From: Acidobacteriota bacterium
Lineage (GTDB): Bacteria; Actinomycetota; Acidimicrobiia; Spongiisociales; UBA11373
Assembly (NCBI GenBank): GCA_022571885.1
Contig: JACZWZ010000004.1
Span: 1 to 45,211 of the forward strand
Direction of reading: 5' to 3'
Length of the DNA: 45,211 nt
Positions 19,616 to 30,138 of this stretch are shown piece after piece. The notes under the pieces were generated by a model. The model was given only the letters and a program-made list of their open reading frames with translations. It was not told where the DNA came from and ran no database searches. Each line of letters starts with the position of its first letter. Position 1 is the first letter of the stretch. Both the position numbers and the translations under genes were made by a program.

Positions 19616-19944
19616 CACGACCTCCTGTGTCTGGTGATTCCATTGCTCGAGATCAGGTTCGAACACCCAAGTACGAGAAGTGTTAAGCCCCCATAGGAAC
19701 TGGAGGGGGAGTTCTTAAGAACTCGCTAAGGCGAGTGCGATCCGTAGGCGTCTTTGCCGCCTCCGGGCAATCGCCTCGCGCCGCTCGGCGGGCAATCCAC
19801 AAGTGGGGCGATCCGGTGCGGATTGCCCGTGAGTCTGCGAACGATGCCCGACGCCGGCGGAGCCGGTGACGATCGCCGGCCGAACGCAGGGAGGCCGAAC
19901 TGCCCGGCGACCAGAGCCCGATGCTTCTATCTACAGTCTTAACC

Positions 19945-20508
19945 GTGATCCTCTCCGATGTCTCGATAAAGGCCGCTCTCGAATTGGGGCGGATCGAGCT
20001 GGATCCATTCGATCCGAAGATGGTGCAGCCCAGCAGCGTGGACGTACGAGTCGATCGTTACTTCCTGGTGTTCGAGAACCACAGATACGCGCTCATCGAT
20101 CCGAAAAAGTCGCAGCCCGACTTGACCAAGCAGGTCGAAACGGACATAGATCAGCCGTTCATCCTTCACCCGGGCGAGTTCGTCCTCGGATCGACGTTGG
20201 AGGTCGTCGGATTGGCCGACGACATCGTTGCCCGCCTCGAAGGGAAGTCATCGCTGGGCCGCCTCGGACTACTCATCCATTCGACAGCCGGGTTTGTCGA
20301 CCCCGGGTTCGAGGGTCATCTCACTCTTGAGCTATCAAACGTGGCCAACCTCCCGATCGCCATATACCCGGGTATGAAGATCGGACAGCTCTCCTTCTAC
20401 GAGTTGAGCACTGCCGCCGAGAACCCGTACGGATCGGCGGAGGCGGGCTCGAAGTACCACGGCCAACGCGGACCCACGGCCAGTCGGATTCACGAAGACT
20501 TCGATTGA
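19945..20508 (+). CDS. dcd: dCTP deaminase
   Basis: [49 protein letters not shown]. Confidence 0.95.
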   Translation: MILSDVSIKAALELGRIELDPFDPKMVQPSSVDVRVDRYFLVFENHRYALIDPKKSQPDLTKQVETDIDQPFILHPGEFVLGSTLEVVGLADDIVARLEGKSSLGRLGLLIHSTAGFVDPGFEGHLTLELSNVANLPIAIYPGMKIGQLSFYELSTAAENPYGSAEAGSKYHGQRGPTASRIHEDFD

Positions 20509-20927
20509 AGCTGGGCGCGGTGAACTCAAAAGCTCGCATTCGATTCGAAGAGTCGGAGGTCGGCGTCCTAGCTACGGTGAACCACGACGGCTCGCCCCAT
20601 CTGGTTCCGATCACTTTCGCCCTTGCCGGAGACATGCTGGTCACCGGTGTCGACCACAAGCCCAAGAGCACCCTCTCCCTGAAGCGCCTCGCCAACATTC
20701 GCCACAACCGGCGCGTGAGCGTGCTGGTGCAGCACTATGCGCCAGATTGGTCGACGCTCTGGTGGGCGCGGGCCGACGGGACCGCGACCCTCATCGAGCC
20801 GAAGGACCGGAGGCATCGAGTCGCCGCCGAACTCTTGGCCGAGCGCTACGCGCAGTACCGCGAGCATCCCATCCGCGGCTACATCATCGAGATCGACATC
20901 GACCATTGGGCCGAGTGGTCCCCGTGA
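20505..20927 (+). CDS. PPOX-class probable F420-dependent oxidoreductase (TIGR03668-like)
   Basis: [46 protein letters not shown]. Start may be GTG 20520. Confidence 0.85.
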   Translation: MKLGAVNSKARIRFEESEVGVLATVNHDGSPHLVPITFALAGDMLVTGVDHKPKSTLSLKRLANIRHNRRVSVLVQHYAPDWSTLWWARADGTATLIEPKDRRHRVAAELLAERYAQYREHPIRGYIIEIDIDHWAEWSP

Positions 20928-20936
20928 GCACCGGCA

Positions 20937-21180
20937 TCACGGTGTCGGCGACCAAGTCGGTGCGGAAGAGGAGCGGGGACTGTTGGTGATGCGGGTGACG
21001 TTGAGGCCGGAGGCGTCTATCACATAGATCTCGACGTTGCCGTCCCGATTCGAGTCAAAGGCGATGCGGGTCCCATCCGGCGACCAGGCCGGTCTGAGGT
21101 CCTGGCCGGGGTCGACGGTAAGGCGGGTGACGTTGAGATTGGAGGCGTTTATCACATAGATCTCGAAGTTGCCGTCCCGG
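20937..21180 (-). pseudogene. TolB-like/PD40 beta-propeller fragment
   Basis: Only two blades (RDGNFEIYV...PAWSPDGTRIAFDSNRDGNVEIYV...PTWSP), with no plausible start or signal peptide. Confidence 0.75.
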
Positions 21181-21363
21181 GTGGATCACGTAGCTCCTAC
21201 CTCAAGGCTCTGCCTCAAGCATAAAGAATGGTGCCGACCGGGGCTCCCCCCGAACCATTGCCAATACATCCGCTCAGCGACTGGCTGTGATAATCCGGAG
21301 ACCAGAATGGGGACCTAGCCATTTTTCGGGCAGGATCGGTTTCAGCGAACAGGGAGACACCCG

Positions 21364-21657
21364 ATGGCACGACAAACGGAACCGACGCCGATAGCGAAGA
21401 TGGGATTTGCGATCGCCTTGGCGGCGTTCGTGGTGGTGGTGGCCCTCGGATTCTCTCGTCAAACCACCACCGGCGACTCGCCGACCGCAACCGTCGCATG
21501 CGGCTCGGTGTTCAGCCCGGAAGTCGAGCCGCGGTGTGACCGCACCCTCTCGAGTCGGAAGAGCCTCATGCTGGCTGTCGGCATCCCCGGCGTCGTACTC
21601 GGCCTAGGCATCGTCGTGGTCGGCTCTCGCAAGGCGTCGAAAGAGCCCGGTCAATAA
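21364..21657 (+). CDS. small membrane protein with two TM segments and a Cys pair
   Basis: RBS GGGAGA; TM-CGSVF...C-TM layout. Confidence 0.65.
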   Translation: MARQTEPTPIAKMGFAIALAAFVVVVALGFSRQTTTGDSPTATVACGSVFSPEVEPRCDRTLSSRKSLMLAVGIPGVVLGLGIVVVGSRKASKEPGQ

Positions 21658-21861
21658 GCCTCAACCGCACGACGCCGAATCAGACGATGAAACGAAGGGC
21701 CCCGGCACCGTGGGGTATTCCCATTTGGAATCCGCAACGTGACGAGACATTACTCGAACGGATCCTCCAGCCGGCGACAACACCAGCCGTCCTGCACCAG
21801 TCAAGCCATCACATAGGTGATAATTAGACGCTGTGGCCCGTTAAATCACTGGTAAAAGGTA

Positions 21862-21890
21862 TTGACAGGTGATGCTAACCTGTGTAGTTT
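21862..21890 (+). promoter_or_regulatory. promoter with operator dyad for the small ORF/EamA/CGNR operon
   Basis: TTGACA-17 nt-TAGTTT; overlapping dyad ACAGGT-N7-ACCTGT (21865-21883). Confidence 0.65.
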
Positions 21891-21925
21891 GTGTGGTGGT
21901 TAGGGAAACGTTCGAGGAGATACCG

Positions 21926-22105
21926 ATGAATCACCATCCACTCGTGATCGAGCTGCTGGCTCGGGCGCAAATCGACGACTTCCGACGTGAGGCACAGATC
22001 GCTCGCCTGAGCCGAGCGGCAAAGATCGCTCGCCGGAGCCGGGTGACAAGCAAGTCGCGGTGGCGGCGCACGATCCTCCGGCGAAAGGCCTCTCCGGCGT
22101 GCTGA
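21926..22105 (+). CDS. small basic hypothetical protein
   Basis: RBS GAGGAG; 59 aa; stop overlaps the probable EamA start. Confidence 0.6.
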   Translation: MNHHPLVIELLARAQIDDFRREAQIARLSRAAKIARRSRVTSKSRWRRTILRRKASPAC

Positions 22106-23043
22106 TTGGACTGGCTCTGGCGGTCGTCTATTTGGCCTGGGGCTCTACCTACCTGGCAATCCGGGTAGCGATCAACGATATCCCTCCCTTCCTCATGCTC
22201 TCGGCCCGCTTCCTGATAGCCGGTGCTCTGTTGCTGGCCTGGTCGCGCTGGCGCCGACCCGATGCGCCGCTTCCCACAGCCCGTCAATGGCGAACGGCGA
22301 CGATGCTGGGTACCGCTTTCTTTGTGGCCGGCAACGGCGGTGTTGCCTGGGCCGAGCAGTTCATCCCGACAGGAACAGTCGCGCTGATCGTCGCGGTCAT
22401 CCCCGTATTCATGGTCGCCCTCGATCGGATCTTCTGGAAAGTCGGCTTCACCCTCAGGGTCGGGATCGGCATGGCTGTGGGGCTGGCTGGGGTGGTGGGG
22501 ATCGTCGGCATCCCGTCGGGTGAGTTCCCGGTATGGGCTGCACTGGTCCCCGTCGGAGGGGCGCTTGCCTGGGCGGCCGGATCACTCCACTCGCGACGGG
22601 CCGCTCTGCCCGACGATCTGGCTTTGGCGGTCGCGATGCAAGTCCTCGTCGCCGGAGTGGTGCTGCTGGCTCTCGGGCTGGCGACCGGCGAACTGGGGCG
22701 ATTCGATCCATCGACGGTGTCGACCTCATCGCTGGTGGCGGTGCTCTACCTCGCCGTTGTGGGCTCGGTGATCACCTTCTCGTTGTATGCCTGGCTGCTG
22801 CGAGTGGCGCCCACGCCGCTGGTCGGTACCTACGCCCTGGTCAATCCGGTCGTGGCCCTCGGACTTGGATCACTGGTGCTGGGAGAGACCATGATGCCGG
22901 TCGCACTACTCGCCGCCGCGGTGACGTTGTCTGGAGTGGCGCTCATCGTGACGTCGTCGCCGCACCGAGACCGACAGGTGAGACGCCGATCGGTTCCACG
23001 AATCAGCTTCGCCGCCGATCCGGTCACGGCCTCTAACCGATGA
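22099..23043 (+). CDS. EamA/DMT family transporter
   Basis: VYLAWGSTYLAIR, ARFLIAG, GNGGVAWAEQ, TYALVNPVVA; about 10 TMs. Start uncertain (22060 or 22099). Confidence 0.9.
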   Translation: MLIGLALAVVYLAWGSTYLAIRVAINDIPPFLMLSARFLIAGALLLAWSRWRRPDAPLPTARQWRTATMLGTAFFVAGNGGVAWAEQFIPTGTVALIVAVIPVFMVALDRIFWKVGFTLRVGIGMAVGLAGVVGIVGIPSGEFPVWAALVPVGGALAWAAGSLHSRRAALPDDLALAVAMQVLVAGVVLLALGLATGELGRFDPSTVSTSSLVAVLYLAVVGSVITFSLYAWLLRVAPTPLVGTYALVNPVVALGLGSLVLGETMMPVALLAAAVTLSGVALIVTSSPHRDRQVRRRSVPRISFAADPVTASNR

Positions 23044-23050
23044 AGGGATT

Positions 23051-23629
23051 ATGCTGGTGAGCATCAATAACCCACCACCAGAAACCGGGTTGACCGCGCC
23101 GGTCGGTGTCGAGTTGGTCAGAGCATTCGTCAACACGGCAGAACTCGATGAAGGCATCGACCGCCTGGCGACCGCGGAGCTGGCTCAAGAGTGGCTGCAT
23201 GCACAAGACCTAATCGCTGACGAGCCGCTCGCTGAGTCTCAGAGGCTTCGCCTGATTGAGGTCCGTGAAGCGCTGCGAGTCCTGATAGCGCACGGGCACG
23301 GCGGCCGGGTAGATCCAGCAAGTCTGGCGGTGCTCGATGGTGCCGGGTCGACCGCCCGGCTCACCCTCGCCTTCTCGGCAGATGGCTCGGCTTCGCTGCA
23401 CCCCGACGCCACCGGGGTCGACTCAGCGTTGGGGAAGATCCTCACCGCAGCGTACGCGGCGATGGTCGAAGGATCCTGGTCCCGGCTCAAGACGTGCGAT
23501 AACGACGAGTGCCGCTGGGCTTTCTACGACCAGTCGAAAAACCGGTCCGCCAAGTGGTGCTCGATGCAATCGTGTGGCAATCGGATGAAGGCCAGGGCCT
23601 ACCGAGCCCGGCGCGACGCCAATAGCTGA
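23051..23629 (+). CDS. CGNR zinc finger (ABATE domain) regulator
   Basis: FVNT, RLKTCDNDECRWAFYDQSKNRSAKWCSMQSCGNRMKARAYRAR. Confidence 0.93.
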   Translation: MLVSINNPPPETGLTAPVGVELVRAFVNTAELDEGIDRLATAELAQEWLHAQDLIADEPLAESQRLRLIEVREALRVLIAHGHGGRVDPASLAVLDGAGSTARLTLAFSADGSASLHPDATGVDSALGKILTAAYAAMVEGSWSRLKTCDNDECRWAFYDQSKNRSAKWCSMQSCGNRMKARAYRARRDANS

Positions 23630-23927
23630 TCCCGGGTGGCGCCCCCGGCATCGGTCGGCGCAAGGTCAAGAGTGGCGAGGACGCCGCAACCGGTATCATG
23701 GCCAGGCCGTGACGTGAGGAGCCTGGTGGCGCTGGCGGCCGTTCCCACACGTGACCAACCGCAGGCGCGAGTCCGGTGTCGCTGCACCCGGCTTTCCGAC
23801 CGTTCTGATGCCAGACGACGGCGACCCGAAAGGTTGTACTCAAGAGGTGGGTACCCCGACGTGACGATTGTCACCGGCAGACGACGCCATCGAAAGTGCT
23901 CAAGACCGAAAGCCGCGGTGACGATTG

Positions 23928-24158
23928 ATGGACATGACCCTTCTGTTTGCGTCGATCGCAATCGCATTCGTCATCGGCATGGCGATTTGGTGTGGCCTGG
24001 CCGCGGCGGAGATGGTCTATGGATATCCAATCGGCCGTCACCTGATCCGAAGGACCGTCGGTCGGCTAGACGAGCACAAGTTCCTCCCCGGCGACATCGA
24101 AGAGATGAACGGGGCCTTCAGCCGAGTGGCGCGCTCCCACATCATCACCGACCAATGA
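23928..24158 (+). CDS. small hypothetical membrane protein
   Basis: N-terminal hydrophobic helix and coding-like composition; no family recognised. Confidence 0.45.
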   Translation: MDMTLLFASIAIAFVIGMAIWCGLAAAEMVYGYPIGRHLIRRTVGRLDEHKFLPGDIEEMNGAFSRVARSHIITDQ

Positions 24159-24420
24159 CTGAGGCGCGTTTCGCGCTCGACCCAAGAAGGCTGCGCCGGG
24201 AGCCGCATGACCGAACTCCCGATTCTGCAGGCCGCTCCACCGCTTCCATCGAGGGTTTGGGCGCGATCACGCCCGTCTGATCAGACCGCCGATATCGCTG
24301 GGTTGGCGACAAGGACGTCCTTGGCCCGAGTATTTGACCGTGGTCAGCGTCGGCGGCCGGCTCGTAGATCCTGATACTCGCAAGGAAGCGGTTGGCATGC
24401 GCCCGGTGGGGGGAAAAGAG

Positions 24421-24732
24421 TCAGCCCAAGTTCTTCAGCTCGATCTCAATCGTGTAGGTCGGTCCCTCCAAAACCTCGGCAGCGTGCTCCTCACCGTCCG
24501 ACCAGACAGTCTCACCGGACCGTCGCTCCACGATCGACACCCTGCCGTCTCTGTCTGTGGACTTCAAGCGATATGAGTTGACTGCCACTATCACTCTGGG
24601 GGGATGCGAGTGCATCTGTAGCTCGGCACCTTGCCGCAGCCTGATTTCGAGCACCCGGACGTGTTCGTTCTCCATTGCAACCAGATGACCCTCAGGGTCG
24701 ACAACGGTGGAATCAGGTGATCGTCCCATCAC
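24421..24732 (-). CDS. cupin-domain protein
   Basis: ENEHVRVLE, MHSHP, EHAAE...IEIELK; RBS AGGAGA. Confidence 0.8.
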   Translation of the reverse strand: MMGRSPDSTVVDPEGHLVAMENEHVRVLEIRLRQGAELQMHSHPPRVIVAVNSYRLKSTDRDGRVSIVERRSGETVWSDGEEHAAEVLEGPTYTIEIELKNLG

Positions 24733-24868
24733 TCTCCTTGGCTCGATTCGGAAAGCTTATGGTCACGACCTGGTCAACGCTCGGGATCTGAAATCTTCGG
24801 GAACGAGTACGCCACCGCGCCATCCTCTAAGGCCCGGCCATCGGATGTTCGATGACGCCTGCGGACCC

Positions 24869-25585
24869 TCAGCCTGCGGCCAACCCACCTTCCCCTTCGG
24901 TCAACCACAGTTCGAGTTCGTCGGGATCAGGCAGGTGGAGTGTGCCGTCCTTGACGAAGTAGGCGGAGTCCACGATGTCGAGTGCCACCGGGTCGTGCGT
25001 GGCGACCACCACCGTTCCGCCACCCTCGGCGATCGCGTGCAGCAGCCCGAACACATGAGCAGCCGTGGTTGTGTCGAGTTCGCCGGTCGGCTCGTCGGCA
25101 AGGATCACCTTCGGCGCGTGGACCAGGGCTCGGGCCAGCGCAACCCGCTGCTGCTCACCGCCCGACATCTCTGCCGGCCGGTGGTCGGCTCGATGTTCTA
25201 TGCCGACCGACTCCATCGCAGTACGCACTCGCCGGCGAGAGGCCTCGCCGCCGATTCCCAACAGTCGCAGCATCACCGCGACGTTCTCCTCAGCCGAGAG
25301 CAACGGAAGCAGCCCGAACGACTGGAACACGAACCCCAGGTCCCGACTTCGAACTTGCGCGGCGTGGCGCTCCGACAAACCGTCGACTCGAGTGCCGTCG
25401 AGCCACACCTCGCCGCGGTCGGCCGTCTGCAGCAGGCCCATGATGTGGAGGATCGTCGTCTTGCCGGAGCCGGACGGGCCGAACAGCGCAATCATCTGGC
25501 CCGGCTCCACCGTCAGCGACACGTCGGCGGCCCCGATAGCCCCCCGCCCGTATTGCTTGCTGATGTTCTTGAGCTCAAGCATCAC
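24869..25585 (-). CDS. LolD/MacB-type ABC ATP-binding protein
   Basis: GPSGSGKTT, MSGGEQQRVALARAL, LADEPTGELD. Confidence 0.93.
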   Translation of the reverse strand: MMLELKNISKQYGRGAIGAADVSLTVEPGQMIALFGPSGSGKTTILHIMGLLQTADRGEVWLDGTRVDGLSERHAAQVRSRDLGFVFQSFGLLPLLSAEENVAVMLRLLGIGGEASRRRVRTAMESVGIEHRADHRPAEMSGGEQQRVALARALVHAPKVILADEPTGELDTTTAAHVFGLLHAIAEGGGTVVVATHDPVALDIVDSAYFVKDGTLHLPDPDELELWLTEGEGGLAAG

Positions 25586-26414
25586 TGCCGCCCCGATTGA
25601 GCAGGATTCCCTCGTGAACGACCTCGGCCACCGCGGTCGTCCCCATCATTCCCTCCGCCAACAGTTCGGTGGGAATGCGGATGGTTCCGTCCTTGGCGAT
25701 GTCCACCGCCCGCTTGTGGCGAGCGCCGACGTCGGTGCGGAACACTCCGTCTTGCAGATGCATGACGCGGTCGGCCCTGCCGGTAAGAGCCACATCGTGG
25801 GTCACCGCCACCACCGTCAGCCCGCCCTCGTTGCACAGGTGGCGCAGCAGGTCGTACACCTGGAGCGACCGCTCGGTGTCGAGTTCGCCGGTCGGCTCGT
25901 CCGCCAGCAGCAGGCGTGGACCAAGCGACAGCGCCACACACAACGCCAGCCGCTGCTGTTCGCCGCCGGACAGCACATTCACCTTGGCATAGGTCCGGTT
26001 GAGGAGGTCGGTGACCTCCAGCAGAGCCTTGGAGCGCTGGCGACGGCGCTTCGAGGAGACGCCGGCCAGAAGCATCGGGAGTTCGACATTGGCGATCGCC
26101 TTGAGATAGGGGACCAGGTTGCGAGTGAAGTCCTGCCACAGGAACCCAACGTTGCGACGGAAGTGGGTGAGGATGTCGGCACCGAGCGGGGACGTGAGGT
26201 CCATCCCGGCCACCGAGACCTTCCCGGCCGATGGCTTATCCATCCCGCCGATGATCTGCAAGAGGGATGACTTGCCGGATCCGGACCGGCCGACGATCAC
26301 CACGAATTCGCCCTGCTGCACCTCGAAGTCGAGCCCCTGCAGAGCCACTACTTCGAGCGCGCCCTGCTTGTGGATCTTGATCACGTTCTCGATCTCGATC
26401 ACGAGGTTGCTCAT
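25575..26414 (-). CDS. LolD/MacB-type ABC ATP-binding protein with C-terminal extension
   Basis: GRSGSGKSS, LSGGEQQR, LADEPTGELD; C-terminal DGTIRIP segment. Confidence 0.93.
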   Translation of the reverse strand: MSNLVIEIENVIKIHKQGALEVVALQGLDFEVQQGEFVVIVGRSGSGKSSLLQIIGGMDKPSAGKVSVAGMDLTSPLGADILTHFRRNVGFLWQDFTRNLVPYLKAIANVELPMLLAGVSSKRRRQRSKALLEVTDLLNRTYAKVNVLSGGEQQRLALCVALSLGPRLLLADEPTGELDTERSLQVYDLLRHLCNEGGLTVVAVTHDVALTGRADRVMHLQDGVFRTDVGARHKRAVDIAKDGTIRIPTELLAEGMMGTTAVAEVVHEGILLNRGGSDA

Positions 26415-29400
26415 CGCTCCACCTCCCTCAGGACCTCACTGAGACGCCTCGCCGAGACGCTGCGGGTGCTGGCCAACACGGCCAGGACCAACAGCGCGGC
26501 CACCACCACGAGATACAGCACCAGCCGACCGGTGGCGATCTGCATGATCGCCGGCGGAACCAGGTCCTCGGCCTCCTCTCCCAACTGGAGGAACGGAATC
26601 ATGAGTCGCATCAAACCGATCCCCGCCGCCACTCCGACGATCGCACCGACGCCTAGCACGACCACCTGTTCGAGAGCAAAGGTGCCGGCCACGCTGCGAC
26701 GCCTGAAACCAAGGGCTCGGAGCACGCCCATCTCGCGGTAGCGGCGGCGAACTGCCACCAGCACATACCCGGTCACCCCGGCCAGGGCCAGGACGACCCC
26801 GGCCCCGGTGCCAATGAGAAGGATCGACACCAGACCGACCTGAATCGGTCTGCTGGAAAAGTCGGCCGAGACACCGTTGGCGGTGATCACCTCATCCGGT
26901 TCCGCTCCCAACTCTGTGAGCACGATTCGAACCACATCGTTGGGAGCATCGGTGTCGATCCAAAGCTCCTCAGGAAGCGGCGACCTGGCGATGGTCCCGG
27001 TGAACGACCAGGACGGCTGGGCGCTCATCCGCAGCAGAAGACCGTCGAGGCGAGTCACCAATACCCCGGTCAACCGTTCGTCGCCGGTGGTCGGAATCAG
27101 CTCGACCACACCGGTCACGACGCCACTCACGGTCACAGCCTCGACCCCGAATAGCGCCTCCGACCCGACGCCGAGCCCTGCGGTCCGGGCGGCCTCGGAG
27201 TCCAGGACGAATTCGAGTCGCTGCTCTGGAATGTGACGCAGGTGAGGCACCGGTTGGCCACGAGTAGCCGACGGGATGGTCCATTGGGCGACGCGTCCGT
27301 CCCGCCAGTAGCGCGACGCCGCTCGCTCTGCTGCGTTAGGGATCGGGACCCCCGGTGGGATCTGGTCGAAGAAGACATCTGCCGCGGCGGTGCCGTCCAC
27401 CCGCTCGAGGCGAAGGTTCGACTGGGCAGAGAGCTCGGCGTCGACCTGGCTCTGGATCGACTCACTCCCGCCCGGAGAAATCGCCAGCCAGGCGTCCACC
27501 AGCACTCGACCGGCATCCACCGCCGCCCCGGGCCCGCCATCGCGCTCCACCCACACCGCCTGCAGCACCAGCGACTCGGCGTCCGGAAGCGGCCCACTCA
27601 GCGCGGTCACACCGGAGAGGTCGATGGACACGGTCGACCAGCCCTCGTCGGTAAACGAGACATCGGCCGCATGGACTCGGAACCGACCCCGCTCGTCTAC
27701 CAGGCGGGCCAGCAGCCGAACCGGGTCCTGCGGGCCGGACCGTTCACGTTCGGCCCAGGGTTCGGGTATGAGCAAGCCGTCGACCCCGATCGAAGTGACG
27801 CCCGCCGGGAGCTCGACGCCCCAATCGGCCCGGCCTCCAAGAACGCCCGGACCAAAGGCATCCTCCGCGGTGGCGGCACCAAAGTCACCACGCCATCCCA
27901 ACACGGAGGGGAACGTCTCGGGATCCACCGCCAACAGCTCTGCACCACGCGGCGCCAGGCGGGGTGCACCGACTCCGCGGAAGACCGGCGAGCCGACGGC
28001 ACCGTCGGGGACGGTCAGATAGGCGGCGCCTTCGGCCACGATCCTGGCATCGGCCCCGGCGGCGTAGAGGGCTCGATCGGCATACGACGACTCGAGGGTG
28101 GCGGCGTAGGTGAGGGCGAACGCCCCGAACCCGGTGGTGAGCCACACCAGGAGTGCCAGGCGGCCGTAAGGAATCGGATTGCGGCCGAGATGCCAACCGG
28201 GCAGGGCCGCGGTCATCCCCTTGGTACGGGTCATCAGCCAGCCGATCCCCTTGAGGATCCAGGGAAGAACCCGGAGCAAGAGCAAGGCCCCGCTGAAAAG
28301 GAAGAGTGCCGGAGCCGCAATCGAGAACGGATCGAGTCCGATGTCGGCCGAGTCGGTGTCCACGATCCCCTGCTGGCGCAACTCGAACAGGATCACCCCG
28401 GCGATCACCACCAGGAACAGATCGAGGTTGTAACGCTGCCAAATCGACCTGCGGGCGGGGCGGCTGGCGATGGCGCGCAGTTCGAGCACGCTTCGCCGCG
28501 CTATTGGGAGTATGGCCAGCCCCATCGACACGAACGTGAGCACACCACCGGCTACCACGAACGGAATTATCGACCGGCCGGATGCGACGGTGAGAGGCTC
28601 GCCCCCGGTGAGCGTCGACATCGGCGGTATCCGTCCGGTCACCGAGACCATTGCTCGCGCCACCACCGGAGCCACGATCATCGCCCCAACCGCGATCAGC
28701 AGCGACTGCATCAGGTGCAGCCCGGTCGTCTGCCACGGGGTTGCGCCGCGCATTCGAAGCAGGGACAGCTCGGCCGCTTCCTGCTCCAGTGCCAGACCGG
28801 CCATGTAGATCAGGAAATAGAGGGCACCGGCCACAATAAGAGCCAGCATCGCCAGAATCGGTGCTCCGAAGACGACCTTCCGAACATCAAACTCTCCGAT
28901 CAGGGCCGGAAGTTGGGTGATCGTCCTGATTCCCTCGGATTGGGCCACGCTTCTGGTGAACCCGGTCACCCCACGAGCCAAGACTTCTACGTTCTCCAGA
29001 CGGACCGCCTCGCGATCGAGCGAGAGCGAGAAGGTCTGACCGGTCTGGACTCGCTGCAGGCCTCGAGTCGTCCTCAGCCACGGGTCGATTTCGGCATCGG
29101 CCACGCCGAAACTGCCGGACCAGAGGTCAAAACTCGCCTCCGAAATCATTACCAGGTCCTGCGGGCTGGTGTTCGCCCACAGCGCTGCGGTCGGATCTAT
29201 CGGTCTGGCGATTCCGCTCACCTCGACCATCTCGAACACCGCGGGCAAAGACGTAAAGCCGCGCAAGACGACCCGATCGCCAACCCCGAGTCGAGTGAGC
29301 GTGGCTACTGCTTCCCCGAGGACTACCCGCAGAATCGGCTCCTCCATGGACGACGGATCCTGCTGATCCAGGAGTTCGCCCTCGAGGAGTTCGATCCGCT

Positions 29401-29875
29401 CGCCGATATCCGGGGCGGTGATAAACCGGGTCTGCGTTGCTTCCTGAGGCGGGGACGGGTAGGGCGCGGTCTCACCGGAGGCCTCACCCCCGGCCCGACG
29501 CCATTCCTCGGCGAGTCCCAGCCAATCGGGATTGCCCAGCGGGACGAACAGGTACTCCCGACTGAGCGTGCGCTCCTCGATTGTGGGATACCAAGCCGCG
29601 ATGGGTGCGGCAGAAGCTGCCACCGCGCCTCGGGCGGCGTCCGCTCCGGCCGGGGTGTATGCGGTGGTGGAACTGATCGCCTGAAGGTTGACGCTGGCAT
29701 CGGGCGCCTGCCGAAACGTAAAGAGCAGGTCGACCGCCGAAACCGAGGCCTCGTATAAGGGGAGAACAACCAGCAACGCGGTAACGAGGGTGGCACCGAG
29801 GAACGACCCCAGCAGCATCCTGCGGCGCGCCCAAATGCGCCGCACGACAAACCCGAGATAGGTCACAAATAACAC
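26411..29875 (-). CDS. large FtsX-like ABC permease
   Basis: Two FtsX-type motifs (ELSLLRMRGA, EMGVLRALG), TM clusters and large extracytoplasmic domains. Start uncertain (GTG 29875 or ATG 29890). Confidence 0.88.
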   Translation of the reverse strand: MLFVTYLGFVVRRIWARRRMLLGSFLGATLVTALLVVLPLYEASVSAVDLLFTFRQAPDASVNLQAISSTTAYTPAGADAARGAVAASAAPIAAWYPTIEERTLSREYLFVPLGNPDWLGLAEEWRRAGGEASGETAPYPSPPQEATQTRFITAPDIGERIELLEGELLDQQDPSSMEEPILRVVLGEAVATLTRLGVGDRVVLRGFTSLPAVFEMVEVSGIARPIDPTAALWANTSPQDLVMISEASFDLWSGSFGVADAEIDPWLRTTRGLQRVQTGQTFSLSLDREAVRLENVEVLARGVTGFTRSVAQSEGIRTITQLPALIGEFDVRKVVFGAPILAMLALIVAGALYFLIYMAGLALEQEAAELSLLRMRGATPWQTTGLHLMQSLLIAVGAMIVAPVVARAMVSVTGRIPPMSTLTGGEPLTVASGRSIIPFVVAGGVLTFVSMGLAILPIARRSVLELRAIASRPARRSIWQRYNLDLFLVVIAGVILFELRQQGIVDTDSADIGLDPFSIAAPALFLFSGALLLLRVLPWILKGIGWLMTRTKGMTAALPGWHLGRNPIPYGRLALLVWLTTGFGAFALTYAATLESSYADRALYAAGADARIVAEGAAYLTVPDGAVGSPVFRGVGAPRLAPRGAELLAVDPETFPSVLGWRGDFGAATAEDAFGPGVLGGRADWGVELPAGVTSIGVDGLLIPEPWAERERSGPQDPVRLLARLVDERGRFRVHAADVSFTDEGWSTVSIDLSGVTALSGPLPDAESLVLQAVWVERDGGPGAAVDAGRVLVDAWLAISPGGSESIQSQVDAELSAQSNLRLERVDGTAAADVFFDQIPPGVPIPNAAERAASRYWRDGRVAQWTIPSATRGQPVPHLRHIPEQRLEFVLDSEAARTAGLGVGSEALFGVEAVTVSGVVTGVVELIPTTGDERLTGVLVTRLDGLLLRMSAQPSWSFTGTIARSPLPEELWIDTDAPNDVVRIVLTELGAEPDEVITANGVSADFSSRPIQVGLVSILLIGTGAGVVLALAGVTGYVLVAVRRRYREMGVLRALGFRRRSVAGTFALEQVVVLGVGAIVGVAAGIGLMRLMIPFLQLGEEAEDLVPPAIMQIATGRLVLYLVVVAALLVLAVLASTRSVSARRLSEVLREVER

Positions 29876-29950
29876 GATGCTCCCTGGCATCAGTACCCCC
29901 GAGCAGGCTACCCACCACCCACCCGGCTCGGTATCTCGCTCAGATAAACA

Positions 29951-30138
29951 CTCACCAGTCACCAGTCACCAGTCATCAGTCTCCAGTGAGAAAAGCCGCA
30001 AAGAACCGTGCGAAAGAGAATCCGCTTCTGATTCTGACTGGGGACTGGGGACTGGTCGGCCGTAAAGACCCTGCGAAAGAGAACCCGCTTCTGATTCTGG
30101 CTGGGGACTGGGGACTGGAGACTGGGGACTGGTCGGCC
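29951..30138. repeat. inverted heptamer-repeat element with duplicated right arm
   Basis: (AGTCACC)n at 29951-29987. GCGAAAGAGAA.CCGCTTCTGATTCTG.CTGGGGACTGGGGACTGG occurs twice (~30010 and ~30073). Confidence 0.85.

Noticed and set aside
23800-23925. Possible riboswitch or FliA-type promoter (GAAA loops, TCAAG...GACGAT)
   Set aside because: Does not match c-di-GMP or other riboswitch cores I know, and promoter spacing is inconsistent.
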